Assembly: GCA_000442015.1 (NCBI GenBank)
Contig: KE560617.1
Span: 1-40,081, forward strand
Direction of reading: 5' to 3'
Length of the DNA: 40,081 nt
DNA from: Rozella allomycis CSF55
Lineage: Eukaryota
Positions 12,411 through 24,518 of the stretch are shown here, piece by piece; within the stretch, counting starts at the first letter, position 1, and each line of letters starts with the position of its first letter. Both the position numbers and the translations under genes were made by a program. The notes under the pieces were generated by a model. That model worked only from the letters and a program-made list of their open reading frames with translations. It did no database searches and had not been told where the DNA came from.

Positions 12411-13612
12411 AAATATGAGTTTGAAATGTGAGTTCCGCTAATATCTAGGTATTGAATTGAAAAACGCTATTATTCAGTCACTTATGACTACTTACGGTAT
12501 TTTTCAACTTCGCCGAGTTCTTTCTTGGCCATCTAGATGAAATTTGGATTATCCACAATGACGATAGTGATTTTATCGTGCCGAATATTTGAGTTGGTGA
12601 GTTCAAAAAAGANATTGCCTGGGAAAGCTAGCAATGGCCTAATGGAATATAGATTTTATTACATCTTTCATTGTCCCTCAGACTCCCTCTTTCTTTATCG
12701 TCTATTAATGAATTTAAGAATAATGTTTTCGGATTATCAATGAATAATGAATTTGATTATTTGGGATTCCCTTTCAAAGTTAATAATCATAACATCAGAA
12801 GTATTTATGAAACGAAGTTGAACAAACTACGTTAACAAANACGAACTCAACAACGGCGTCACTACACGCAATCTCACTATTATCTGCAAACTCTCTTCTC
12901 AGGTCAACTTTCACGTTTGGAAGACTCTTATCACTGTGTGTCTAAANAATCATTAAATTAAATAGTTATTTTAACTTATTAAAAAAATTGATATAGTTTC
13001 AGAGGAGAACACCTTCCAAAAAATTCCTTTAAATCTTAAGGTATGTTTCTATACATTTGAAAATATAATGGAAAAAATGAGAAGAATGAATTAAGTATAA
13101 TCTCTAGATTTAAAATTCATGAAACGTTAAGAAATAATCTATCTAGAGATTTCACCATGTCAATTTGTTAAGTTTTTTTCGACAAAAACTAAGATCGATG
13201 AAAACATTATGGACCGATTTAGATCTTGCTGTAATGTGGATCATATCCTGAAAGATTTTGAATGTCCTTGGAATATTTAGGAATTTAATGTTAATGAAGA
13301 ATTCAGGNTCAAATTCTCGGCAATTCTGAAAGACAGCTTTATTGAACTCATGAAACTTGAACGTGAACTCCAAACCGAAAGAATCTTTAACGTACCAGAA
13401 ACTGTCAAATATTCTTTGATAAGATTAAATTCATTTTTGATTTCATTAAACATGTTCATGATAGGGTCCAACATGTATCTTTCGTTTAATTGTCGGTCAA
13501 TGTACTCTATCCTTTNATCAAATGAGGAAGCTCTGCAACAATCTCTGACTTCACCCAACATTGCTCCTTTATCTTCATCTTATGCTGCTGTTGCCACTTC
13601 TCATCTGTGNAT

Positions 13613-13675
13613 GTGCCTCATTCCGCAATTTGAGTGCCTCATTCTGCAACTTGAGTGCCTCATTCCGCAATTTGA
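13613..13675. repeat. Three copies of a 21-bp tandem repeat encoding heptads (LKLRNEA) in a minus-strand coiled-coil fragment
   Basis: GTGCCTCATTC(C/T)GCAA(T/C)TTGA three times, truncated by n13610. Confidence 0.85.
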
Positions 13676-13998
13676 GTGTCTTCATAGCCTCATCTATCAA
13701 ATCCTTGTAGACTTGAACTAAAGTCGTAGCTGATTGGCCATCTTTCTCTAGTTTTTCCAATTTTTCAGCATATTTTATTTTTTTTTTTTTTATATTTTGT
13801 TTTATTTTATCAATTTCAACCTGTTTACGTTCACTCACTTGTCGGGCTTCCAGCAGCCCTAAAACGCTTGCCNTGTCCATGATTTTTTTCTCCACTGCTT
13901 TAAGTTCAATTTTGTCGTCATCCGTAATGTGGCTTGGTTACAACAAGGGTATCTATTTTTAACATTAAAATTTTCAACTTAAATTTTACATTTTAGAC

Positions 13999-14168
13999 TT
14001 TCCGGTGGTCTAGTGGCTAACCATGATGCTTCCGGACGTCTAGTAGGTGCATAGTTTCGATCCCCATCCATGTTTCCGAATTTAAGTTTCCGGTGGTCTT
14101 GTGGCTAACCATGATGCTTACGGACGTCTAGGTGCATAGTTTCGATCCCCATCCATGTTTCCGAATTT
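13999..14168 (+). repeat. Tandem pair of tRNA-derived (SINE-head-like) units
   Basis: Units 13999-14083 and 14087-14168 carry an A-box-like TGGTCT(A/T)GTGG and a B-box-like GTTTCGATCCC but no closing acceptor stem. Confidence 0.7.
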
Positions 14169-14587
14169 TCTGGACACATTTAAAAATCCACAACAGTTTG
14201 TCAATATCATTGATTCATTTTGGCGATTTTTTAAAGTAAAATGTAAAATTTAAGTTTCTTTTTTTTAGCACTTAATAAATCTTATTTTAAAAGCATATAC
14301 GATATTTTTGCTTTGGTTTATTAAAATACAAGGAATAAAGACCGCATCTAAATCAAAAATTTACTATTCAATGGCAATAAGGGCTTTTCTTCAATGCTAT
14401 CAATTATCTTATGAAAATCTGTTTGTATTTTCTAAGGAACTTCATTAAATAAGTTTACTTTTAAGCTCCTTAAGGAGTTTTCGATGCACGAAGTATCAAC
14501 ATTTTTGTCCACGATATTTTTAGTTATTGTAGTAGTGGATTCAAGAAGGTTTTGGATTTCCAAATCTACTTGGAAAAGTCCTTCAAC

Positions 14588-14772
14588 GTCCATTTATTTT
14601 GGATATNTTGGCGTCCTTTCACACTAGTGCACGCGACCCTGTCCAAATTGCAATCGACCTTGCCTCATATTACTTTGATTCTAATAACTTTATTTCATCA
14701 TTTGTTGTCAAGAATGCTTATATTGAAACAGCTTTACAAAGGAAGAGAAGTCATCAATGGAGATATGAATAT
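14588..14772 (+). pseudogene. Fungalysin propeptide fragment with a frameshifting deletion
   Basis: Matches 14828-15021 with SNPs but lacks 29 nt (CTAGTGACAACCAGGTGACCCACGTTTAC). Confidence 0.75.
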
Positions 14773-14773
14773 N

Positions 14774-15561
14774 ACCCCTTTTGCCCCCAAAGTCCTGCCC
14801 GCATTTGAAGAGCCCTGTCAACAAACATTGGCGTCCTTTCACACTAGCGCACGCGACCCTGTCCAAATTGCAACCGACTTTGCCTCATATTACCTTGATT
14901 CTAATGACTTTATTTCATCATTTGTTGTCAAGAATGCTTATACTAGTGACAACCAGGTGACCCACGTTTACTTGAAACAGCTTTACAAAGGAAGAGAAGT
15001 CATCAATGGAGATATGAATATCAATGTGCATGAAAAGGGTATTTTATCTTTTGGAAACTCCTTTTCACAGAAATCTGATATTGAAGCATCGGAAAACCGC
15101 CCACTGATAACACCAATCCAGGCCTTGGAACGTTTTCTTGAATTCGTGGGCGTTGAAGAGCGAGTAGATGATGTCAAATTCCACCATGATGACAATTTGA
15201 CCAACTTAAAGAGCATTGCGAAGAATGATATTGATACCAAATTGTCCTACATCATCACAGAAAATGGTTTGTTGAAATTGGTTTGGAATCTCAAGGTTGA
15301 TATGAAAGGTTCCGACAACTGGTTTGATACTGCAGTTTGTGCCTACTCAGGCAATGTACTTTCATTGATTGATTGGGTGGCTGATGCACTGTACAATGTT
15401 TATCCAATTGGAATTGCACATCCTCTTGATGGTAGAAGAGCTCTATTAGTAGATCCGTATCCTAAAAATGCATCGCCTCTTGGATGGCATCAAACAAAAT
15501 CTTGGAACAGCACTCAAACCAAAGGAAACAATGTGTATGCTCAAGAAAACGTTGACGGAGG
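14774..15561 (+). CDS. M36 fungalysin propeptide (FTP/PepSY) and start of the mature domain; partial, between gaps
   Basis: VTHVYLKQLYKGREVINGDMNINV, LVWNL, LIDWVADALYNVYP, SPLGWH, TKGNNVYAQEN. Confidence 0.85.
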
Positions 15562-15562
15562 N

Positions 15563-15880
15563 TGATGAAGAAGAACTTGCAGCTATCCCAGATACTTTGG
15601 CCCAACTCAAGGAAAGTGCTAAACGATGGTTTGAACTTGTGAAATAGCTATAAAGAAAGATGTTAAGATGGAGGAAGAAACTATTGCATTTACAGACGCT
15701 ACTCAGCAAGATATTCAATCAGTCAGAGTCAAGTTTCCAATCAAGCATTTGGCTGACTTCCCAATGTATGAGGACGTTTTACCATCTGCTGATTTTGTGG
15801 CTCAATATAACAAGAATCGACAAGTGTGGATCATGAATTCCGAGGCTAAAAGGAGGACTTACAAAACTTGGCTCCTGTGA
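15563..15880 (+). pseudogene. Fragment of a second CR-REase-like gene with an inverted duplication
   Basis: IAFTDATQ...VWIMNSEAKRRT aligns by eye with ISFSKATY...VWVLDNEKACRI of the 11291-12130 protein. Confidence 0.5.
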
Positions 15881-15982
15881 CTGATTGAATATCTTGCTGA
15901 GTAGCGTCTGTAAATGCAATAGTTTCTTCCTCCATCTTAACATCTTTCTTTATAGCTATTTTCACAAGTTCAAACCATCGTT
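15622..15982. repeat. Inverted repeat: arms 15622-15725 and 15878-15982, 152-bp spacer
   Basis: The arms are reverse complements apart from one 1-nt indel in an A run. Confidence 0.95.
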
Positions 15983-16341
15983 ACAACAGTTTGTCAATAT
16001 CATTGATTCATTTTAGCCCAAATTATTGCAAGAGACACTTATGTGCCTTCTTCAAGAGCAATTCTAGAAGATTCGGGAATGTCTAGAACTAAAGGAAACT
16101 ATGTAGTATTATCATCGCTATGATTAAGATAATTATTATGATTTTTATGATACAGACTCACGAGTCGCATACTGACACAGTGAGTGGTACTAGACGACTA
16201 TCATGCTAATAAAAAGTTGATTTCCCCTGGCTTTCAAAATTGATTTTAATTACGTTTTATGAAAAGGACGGTTATTTGCAAACTTACGCTTTGAATGTTT
16301 TCAAAGTCTATAAAATAGCTTTGTGACACCCTGGTAATAAN

Positions 16342-17782
16342 ATCCAATTCCACCATGATGGCAACTATATGTACGCTAACGAAGCATTTACGTTGACCAA
16401 CGTAAAGAGCATTGCGAAGAATGATATTGATGCCAAATTGTCCTACATCATCACAGAAAATGGTTTGTTGAAATTGGTTTGGAATCTCAAGGTTGATATG
16501 AAAGGTTCTGACAACTGGTTTGATACTGCAGTTTGTGCCTACTCAGGCAATGTACTTTCATTGATTGATTGGGTGGCTGATGCACTGTACAATGTTTATC
16601 CAATTGGAACTGCACACCCTCTTGATGGTAGAAGAGCTCTATTAGTAGATCCGTATCCTAAAAATGCATCGCCTCTTGGATGGCATCAAACAAAATCTTG
16701 GAACAGCACTCAAACCAAAGGAAACAATGTGTATGCTCAAGAAAACGTTGACGGAGGATATGATTGGGCTAACAACTACAGACCAGATGGTGGTCGTAGT
16801 TTAAAGTTTGATTTTCCCATTGATTTTAAGAAGAGTCCGAAAACATATCTTGACGCAGCTATTACCAATCTCTTCTTTTGGAATAATGTTATGCACGATC
16901 TTTTCTATCAGTATGGCTTCAATGAAGTTTCTGGAAACTTTCAGGAAGATAATTTTGGAAGAGGCGGTTTAGGAATGGATGGTGTTATTGCCAATGCGCA
17001 GGACGGATCTGGAACCAATAATGCCAATTTTGCAACTCCACCAGATGGACAAAGAGGAAGAATGAGAATGTATGTGTGGACCCAAACCAATCCGAACAGA
17101 GATGGAGATTTAGAGAATGGAATCATTATTCATGAATATGGTCACGGAATATCTACAAGATTAACAGGAGGACCTGCCAATTCAGGTTGTTTAGGATTTG
17201 GAGAAGCTGGAGGAATGGGTGAAGGATGGTCTGATGTGTTTGCAGTTCTTCTTCGTCAAAGACCATCTTATAACAGAACTATGAGATTTTCAATGGGTGA
17301 CTACTCAAACGGTGGTATCGGTATACGAAGATATGACTATACAACAAACATGAAAATAAGTATTTAAATCATTCAATATTCAATTAGATCCCGAAACTTA
17401 TGGATATATTAAAAAGTCTGGCTATTGGGGTGTCCATGCTAAAGGAGAAGTTTGGGCGGGAATACTTTTGGAAAGCTATTGGAATTTTGTTGACAAGTAT
17501 GGCTTTAATGAAAACTGGTACAATAAATTTGGTGGAAACTCAATGTTCCTTTCTCTTGTTGTTGATGGGTAAATTGAATCTACGCATTTGAATAGATTGA
17601 AATTACAACCTTGTCGTCCAACCTTTGTCGATGCACGAAATGCGATTCTTCAAGCAGATAAAGTCAAATTTAATGGAAAAAATTCATGCTTGTTGTGGAA
17701 GGGATTTGCTAAACGTGGACTTGGATTGAAGGCTTCTGCTGGAGGAAATGAAGATTTCTCAATGCCAACTGAATGTTCTTAA
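16342..17782 (+). CDS. Extracellular metalloprotease, M36 fungalysin; 5' part lost in the gap at 16341
   Basis: YGFNEVSGNFQ, NAQDGSGTNNANFATPPDG, zinc motif HEYGHGISTRLTGGP, GGMGEGWSD, HAKGEVWA, LQPCRPTFVDARNAI, WKGFAKRGLG. Introns 17360-17387 and 17569-17595. Confidence 0.95.
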
Positions 17783-17813
17783 AAAATTTAAACTGAATTT
17801 AAATAAATATAAT

Positions 17814-18937
17814 TTATTTCTCTTTAGCTGCCATCTTCATCACTCTTTTCATTGTTCCTTTGTTCATTATTTAATAAATAGCTTACTCTCAGAAAAATAA
17901 TTACGTAGACAAGAAGGCACTGATATAGACACTAGGTAAGCAATTGCATGTGGCCAATATGGTGTTGTAAATGAGGAAATTCCAATCTTTTTCATTGCAT
18001 GCTCAACATACTCTTTTGCACTAGGAGCCATGAATGATGGCTTTAATTTTGACATTTTAGTCGACACAAATGAAGTGTTCAATAATTCAACGTGAATGCC
18101 ATCTTTTGATACTTCTCTGTTCAAACTTAAACTCCACATCTTCAGAAAGGCTTTAGCCGCACCGTAGGTTTGTAAATATGGCATAGGAAATTCTCCCGCA
18201 AATGATCCAACGGTCAAAATGAATCCATTTTTCTGCGCAACAAAGATCGGTAAAATGGCTTTTGTCATTTCCAAAGTGCCAGTCACATTAATCTGGATTA
18301 ACTTTTCAATCATTTCCTCCTTTTCTTCATTGAACAATCTCGGCAAATCATTAGCTACGCCGACATTATTAACTTTTTTCAGTCATTCATATATGTTACT
18401 CAAAATATAACTTTTCACTTCACTAATTGCAGCTTTTAGTCTTGAAAACTCCCGTGTTTCTGCTGTAGAATAATCGATTGAATGAGTCCTAGTATCAACC
18501 TTGTACTTTTGGCCTTTGATATACTTTGATTAATGTTACGAATTTCTTTAGAGATATCATCTAACTTTGTTTGGCTTCGGGACACAAGGAAAATGTTGAA
18601 CCCTTTGGATGCAAATTGTTTAGCAAACTCCTTCCCAATCCCATCAGTGGCACCAGTGACAATCACCCATCCACCACTTCTTAAGCCATATTTTTCCCAC
18701 TAAGGTATAATATATACGTCAAATTACATTAACAGGTGAACGTAAAAATGTGACATATATGAATTTTAGTAGTTTGATGGCAATTGTCACCACGAAGAAC
18801 AGGCCAATTGCTGAAAACGCTTTGCACTCAAGAAATTTGTATGGACACAGATATCTCAACCCTAATTGCTATTAATTTATATCGCTATTACACTCTGAAT
18901 GCAACTCTCCAAATGGACAACTTCCTACCAACCACAT
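17814..18937 (-). CDS. Short-chain dehydrogenase, very-long-chain 3-ketoacyl-CoA reductase (IFA38/HSD17B12-like); multi-exon
   Basis: [26 protein letters not shown], catalytic YGAAK, VSTKMSK, TPYWPHA. Start codon tentative. Confidence 0.85.
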
Positions 18938-19222
18938 TTCCTAGAAACTGAAAAATTGAAATTTTTATGTCTAAAACAAAAATATATATATTCCTCTAAT
19001 CTCTATTTGTTATATCACCATTGGGTTAATTGAATTAAGTTGAGTAGAATCTTAATTGTGTCATCAAAAGGAATTAATTCATCGTATGCATATTTCATTA
19101 TTGTTAATCACAATAAAGATATATATTTCAAAATGAATAATGAATTTAAATATAGTCGACAAGTACATTATTACAAATCCGCGATTTGCCAAGCCACTAG
19201 AAAAATTCTTTCATTTTGAAAA

Positions 19223-20270
19223 ATGCTAGATGGATATTTCCAGGAAACTTTAAAAGGCAAACTTCCCAACGTAGAATTTAATGCTTCAGACGTACCATTT
19301 GATGTTCTTTCCACAGCTGCCCGGGAAGAATTAGGCGACACCAGCTTTCTTTCACAGTCATTACCAGCGTCAATGCATGTACCATTAGCGCCCAATTATT
19401 TAAAACGATTTCCGTCGCAAGGCCCTACCCCAATGATGCGCAACCCTAGTTATGACTCGCGATTTTCAGAAGCTGTCCATGAAGATGACATGATGTTTGA
19501 CTATAATCAACAACAATTTCAACAAACTCATAATACCGTTTATGGTTTCTATCCAGCGCAATCAATGCCAGTAAATGTTAATCCTGGTTTAAAATTGCAA
19601 ACCAGTCAACCTGTAATTACACCCCAGCAACACGCTTACTCGTTTGCCCAACAAATGCAAAGCCCAATGGCCTATTCACCAAGAGTTAATTCACCGATGC
19701 CAATGTCTTCTAGCGTTCCGGTTCGGCGCTGGTTAATGTCTAAAGGAGAAACACATGGTAACAGTCTTGCCGAACTTCAGCAAAAAGTGTAAATTTATTA
19801 TTGTTCATTAAATAGTGGACAGCAAGTAGAAGATCGTAAGAAGAAAAGACGCGAATCTCATAATATGGGTAATTATTATCACTTTATTTAAATAAGTGGA
19901 AAGACGAAGGCGAGATTACATTAATGAAGGTTTTTTTCAATTGCAAAAGTCGCTGCCGTCGTTTCTATTTGAAGAAAAAATGAATAGAGGATCAATATTA
20001 CACCGATCACTTGAACACATAAAGTTTTTGCAACAAGTTATTGAACAACAAACGGCAGAAATTAGAAAGCACTCCCCTGAATACAATCCACCATCATTTT
20101 TGAATACTAGAAAAGAATCACAAGCAAATAACTCTGCAATAAATGTTGATCAATCAGAAACTGCTACCCAAGCAAATGAAAAATCTCAGCCATCACGTCT
20201 GGAATCACCACTTGAAGAAGAGGAAGATTTCTTAATCTTGCCCGGTGGCGAAAATATGTTCGAAATTTAA
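19223..20270 (+). CDS. bHLH transcription factor, CACGTG-binding class
   Basis: Spliced KKRRESHNM|VERRRRDYINEGFFQLQKSLP...KMNRGSILHRSLEHIKFLQ, with a Q/P/S-rich N-terminus. A possible upstream exon starts at 19133. Confidence 0.85.
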
Positions 20271-20828
20271 TCAGCCGAGGAGCATGAGGAAAAATTAGAA
20301 TTCCAGCCTTTATGATGCGATAATTAAAAATAAATATAAATTATTTAGTGTGATATTTAATATGCCCTTGGGCCTTGATTCAAATTTCTTAATGTGAAAC
20401 GAGTTTTCAGAAATTAATGAAGACCGCCAAATCTCTAACCAGAAGTGACACGCTTAAAATAGGAAATGTCGTCAAAAACCAGCATCGGTTTCATAATGAT
20501 GATGTTTTTGAACAAGACCTTGGGAAAAACTGGGAAGACGTTATACGAGGAATTGCAACGAATAGAAAAAGCCATCTAGCTAGACTATAAATTGACTCCA
20601 TAGTGATCCTGATCAACTTTTTTGAATTTTAAGGTTTTGCAAGGATAATATCATACTATTGTATTTCAACCTCTCTGTCTCACGTGTTAGAATTGTTCAC
20701 TCACTCAAAGTAATTGACTTTGTATCGACTTAGGAATCTTGGAAGAATACAATTAGTTTATTTAACCTTTTTAAACCACATTCATCTTACAAATTGTTGG
20801 TAGAGAACATATTTTATTGATTAAACAT

Positions 20829-21284
20829 TTAAACTTGGTATTTAGTGCCAACTAATTCTTTAAACTCGCTGTAGCCACCAACAAACTTGGCCTTCTTTAA
20901 ATCACAGCCCTCAAGAATAAAAGGACTTGTTTTATGGTTCTTTCCATGCTTATAACTCTGATGAGAGCATCATTAATCAATTACTTGTTGCAAGTGCTTT
21001 AGTCTCTCCGGCCACTCGCTCCTTGGATAACCGTTCACTTCAACATGTACGCTTGCATCCCTTTCATTTAATTTCGACCCTAGTTTTGTAGCTTCCTGAA
21101 AGTATCCACATGAAAGGAACCCCTCAATATGGAAACAAGTTTTGGTGGATTCATTATTGCCAAATATTGATGGAAGAAGGGATTTCAAATAACCTGACAT
21201 GGGTCCATAAAAATATAGCAGGCATATTGCAAAGAGTAAAAATATACGCAGCAATAGATTTCTTTTTCTCATTGGGGCTTGCAT
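20829..21284 (-). CDS. Small membrane-anchored thioredoxin/glutaredoxin-like fold protein
   Basis: N-terminal TM segment, then FHIEGFLSCGYF...EW...; after intron 20958-20984, HKTSPFI...FVGGYSEF. Confidence 0.65.
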
Positions 21285-21423
21285 AATTTTTTTCTCATAC
21301 CATCCTAAAAGTGAAATATTAACCCCGCTTTGAACAATTTAGCACAATTAAACTAGATAAAGGAATAAAAACAAGAGAAATTTTCGAATTATTTTATAAA
21401 AATATAAACTTTTGTACTTTCAA

Positions 21424-21497
21424 GTTTTCATGGTGTAGTTGGTTATCACATCTGCTTATCACGCAGAAGGCCTCCAGTTCAAGTCTGGATGAAAACA
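21424..21497 (+). tRNA. tRNA with a Val-type body and anticodon ATC (formally Asp)
   Basis: Acceptor GTTTTCA/TGAAAAC, D arm GTG..CAC, anticodon arm TCTGC-TTATCAC-GCAGA, T arm TCCAG-TTCAAGT-CTGGA, discriminator A, followed by TTTT. Confidence 0.9.
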
Positions 21498-21630
21498 TTT
21501 TGCTATTTTTCTAATTCTTTTATTTTTATTTGCCAAAGCTGTGCAGTTTAATATGTAGAAGATTGTGTTACTGAGATTTTTACTTTATTAGACATCTTCA
21601 GGCCTTTTCCAATTTCCCAAATTTCGTAAA

Positions 21631-22830
21631 ATGCTGCAAAGTACATCGACAAATAACGGTATTTTTAATCTGGTTGGTATATTTAGATATTGAAATATCC
21701 ACACCTCTCAATGATACGGTGTCTGAGCTTTGCTTTTCGCCTGTAGCTGACTACCTTGCAGCATCATCGTGGGACGGGCAGGTAAAACAATACAATAACT
21801 ATTAATAGACACGAGTTTGGGAAGTACAAGCAAACGGACAAACGGTTGCACGTACCAGCATTCAACACGACCAACAAAATCCTGCATTATGTTGTACTTT
21901 TTCAAAGGATGGAACAAAAGTTGTCAGTGGAGGAACTGATAAGGCTGTAAGAATTTTAGATCTTAATTCCAACCAAACTATGGTTTTGCAAGGAGTAAAC
22001 AGGAAGCCCTATAATTCATTTAGCATGAAGGTCCAGTGAAATGTGTAAAATGGGCAGAAAGCATGTCCCCTATCGTAATTTCGGGCTCTTGGGATAAAAC
22101 TGTTAAAGTATGATATAGTTTATGATGTAATTAGTATTGGGACTTGAGAAGTCCAAACCCAGCTGCCTCCGTTACTCTTCCAGAAAGATGCTACACAATG
22201 GATGTACAATATCCCCATTTAGTGGTGGGAACAGCAGAAAGAAATATTTTGATATTTAACTTGTCGAATCAGTCGTTAGTCAAGGTACGTTTAATGAATG
22301 CATTTGATTCAGAATACCGTTTCACCATTGAAACATCAAACAAGAACTATTTCTTGCTTCCCTGATGGAAAAGGATATGCTGTAGGCTCTGTAGAAGGCA
22401 GAGTCGGTATCGAATATTTCGACGAAAAGAACTCAAAGTAATTACAAAACCTTACTTTAAACAGCAAATTTTCTTTCAGATGTCACCGTGAAGGAAACAA
22501 CATCTTTGCCGTTAACTCAATATCTTTTCATCCATTTTATGGAACATTTTCTACAGCTGGATCAGATGGAGCGTATGCTTACTGGGACAAAGACTCGAAA
22601 TCTCGTCTAAAAACACCAACAAGCGTCGGAAATCCAATTACTTCTACTGCGTTTAATAGAAATGGGACAATTTTTGCATATGCCACTGGATACGATTGGC
22701 ACAAAGTAATTTAATCTATATTGATGAATTTAAGGGACATGAGCATCACACACAAGGAACAAAAAATACAATCAGGTTACATGCTGTTACGGACTCTGAA
22801 ATTAAGCCTAAAGGATTCAAAAAACGTTAG
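21631..22830 (+). CDS. RAE1: mRNA export factor Rae1/Gle2 (WD40); multi-exon
   Basis: DTVSELCFSP..ASSWDGQ, SGSWDKTVKYWDLR, LPERCYTMD, SPLKHQTR, GSVEGRV, FSFRCHR, STAGSDG, WDKDSK, YATGYDWHKG. Introns include 21659-21686 and 21782-21808. Confidence 0.93.
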
Positions 22831-22856
22831 AATAAAAAGCATATTTTCCCGAGTTT

Positions 22857-24518
22857 TTATTTACGCTTAAATATTACTATTTTGTCCGATAATCGTACAA
22901 AAATTGGCAGTTTTTGGTCTAGCAAGCAACTAGACATACCTTCTTTAAAGCATTTGAATAGATTGCTTATAAGATTAACAGGATTTGAAATAATCGACTT
23001 TAACATTTCCTTGTCAAGCTGTAACCCATCAAAGCCGGTTACACGATGCCATACTTTAAATCCTATTCCTTCATAAGAAGTTACATTAACATTGCTTTCT
23101 CTTAATAGTAAATCAAAGGTTTTTAATTCATTTGGATTTAGAGTGGCCTCTGTTTTATTATAATTCCAGTGCGGACTTTGGTGAGAAAACAAGCTGATTC
23201 CTGTTTGCGCGGAATATACATCATAATGTAAAGATATATTCGAATGATAAAAATCATTATGGATCAACTTCATAGCCTCTCCTCCAGGGTAATTGTACTT
23301 GAATGCCACGAATACAATGGATGATAGTCCAAATGATACTGCGATTAACAAAAATAGAATTAAAAGTCCAATTCTCCGTAACCTAACAATTCTCAGTAGG
23401 CCAATTGTACTAACAACATTGAACACTGGGAAAACAGGAAGAATAAATCTTAATTCTTTGTGTGATAAATGAGAATACAAACCTTTGATTTAATAAATAT
23501 TTAGGGTACCGACAAAAGAAAGAGAAGGAATTAACATTCTCACAAGATAGGGATGTTTTATACTTTCAAACAATCCAATAACAAAAGGAATCATTGAGAC
23601 ATGCAAAACTTTAGGTATAGCTGTTATCCAATACCATTGATATGGCTCAGTCTATTTAATATCAAAATCTTCTTTTTCTTACACCATAATCGCTGCTTTT
23701 GTTCTTCACAATATTGAACATAATACCATCGAATTCAGGCCAGCTGAATTGTCGCCAATAAAATGAATCCACGATTACAGAACATCCTATAAACAATATG
23801 GAATATAGAATGGCAAGCCCTACAAGCCTTTTCTTTTGCCTCGTTTGGATAAACATCATAAATCCTAAAGGGATGGCGATTAAAACCATATCGAATCTAA
23901 CCACAAAAGAACTAAATATAAGAAACGGTAAACTCTTAAGGCTCTCCTTTCTCAGAAAATAGCTGTAAGCTAATATGACTTTAATGGACCACATCAATTG
24001 TTACTAAAAGGTAATGCAAATGTATTTGTAAACAGTCTTCCACTGTAAAATATGAAATGGATCTGCATCATTAATGCTAAATAATAAAAAACAATAAATT
24101 TTGGTTCAGAAAATCCCTTCATCTTCCTTTTCATTAAATAAGAAACACTGGAACAAAAATGATTAATGCATAAAATTATACTGATATATAATAAAGAGCG
24201 AGCCAAAATGACATACTAGTTAATTCTTTGACATGAACTTACATCAATTCGTTCCTTCAAAGCCTCTTTAATTCCAAACACAGTTCCAAATAGTCGAGTC
24301 ACTTTAGAAAGTATCAATGGCACAATAAATGAGCGTTTCACTACTCCAGGAAATGTAATATGGTCATAATTTTCAAGTGAACCAGTAAATAGTAAGTCGT
24401 ATATGGCTTGTGTCGCAAAAGACTCTTCAACTTTGTTAAATGGTATTGATGTTATTAGATAAACGCCATAAGCGATTGCAAAAGTTAGAGAAAAAAGACA
24501 AACGACCAATTTGAGCAT
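22857..24518 (-). CDS. ALG12: Dol-P-Man alpha-1,6-mannosyltransferase (GT22); multi-exon
   Basis: PFNKVEESFATQAIYD, YDHITFPGVVKRSF, FHxxFYSGRLFTNTFA-like segment, SHKELRFI, NYPGGEAM, AQTGISLF, YNKTE. Confidence 0.92.

Noticed and set aside
12141-13895. ORFs reading through n characters, and the 14552-15565 ORF as one protein
   Set aside because: The n's behave as collapsed gaps, so these ORFs join unrelated or duplicated contig pieces.
20490-20615. Possible C/D snoRNA (ATGATGA...CTGA)
   Set aside because: Such short motifs are expected by chance, and no terminal stem or guide sequence was recognised.
6168-21497. Functional link between QTRT2 and the ATC tRNA
   Set aside because: TGT acts on G34 anticodons, and the genes are 14 kb apart among unrelated genes.
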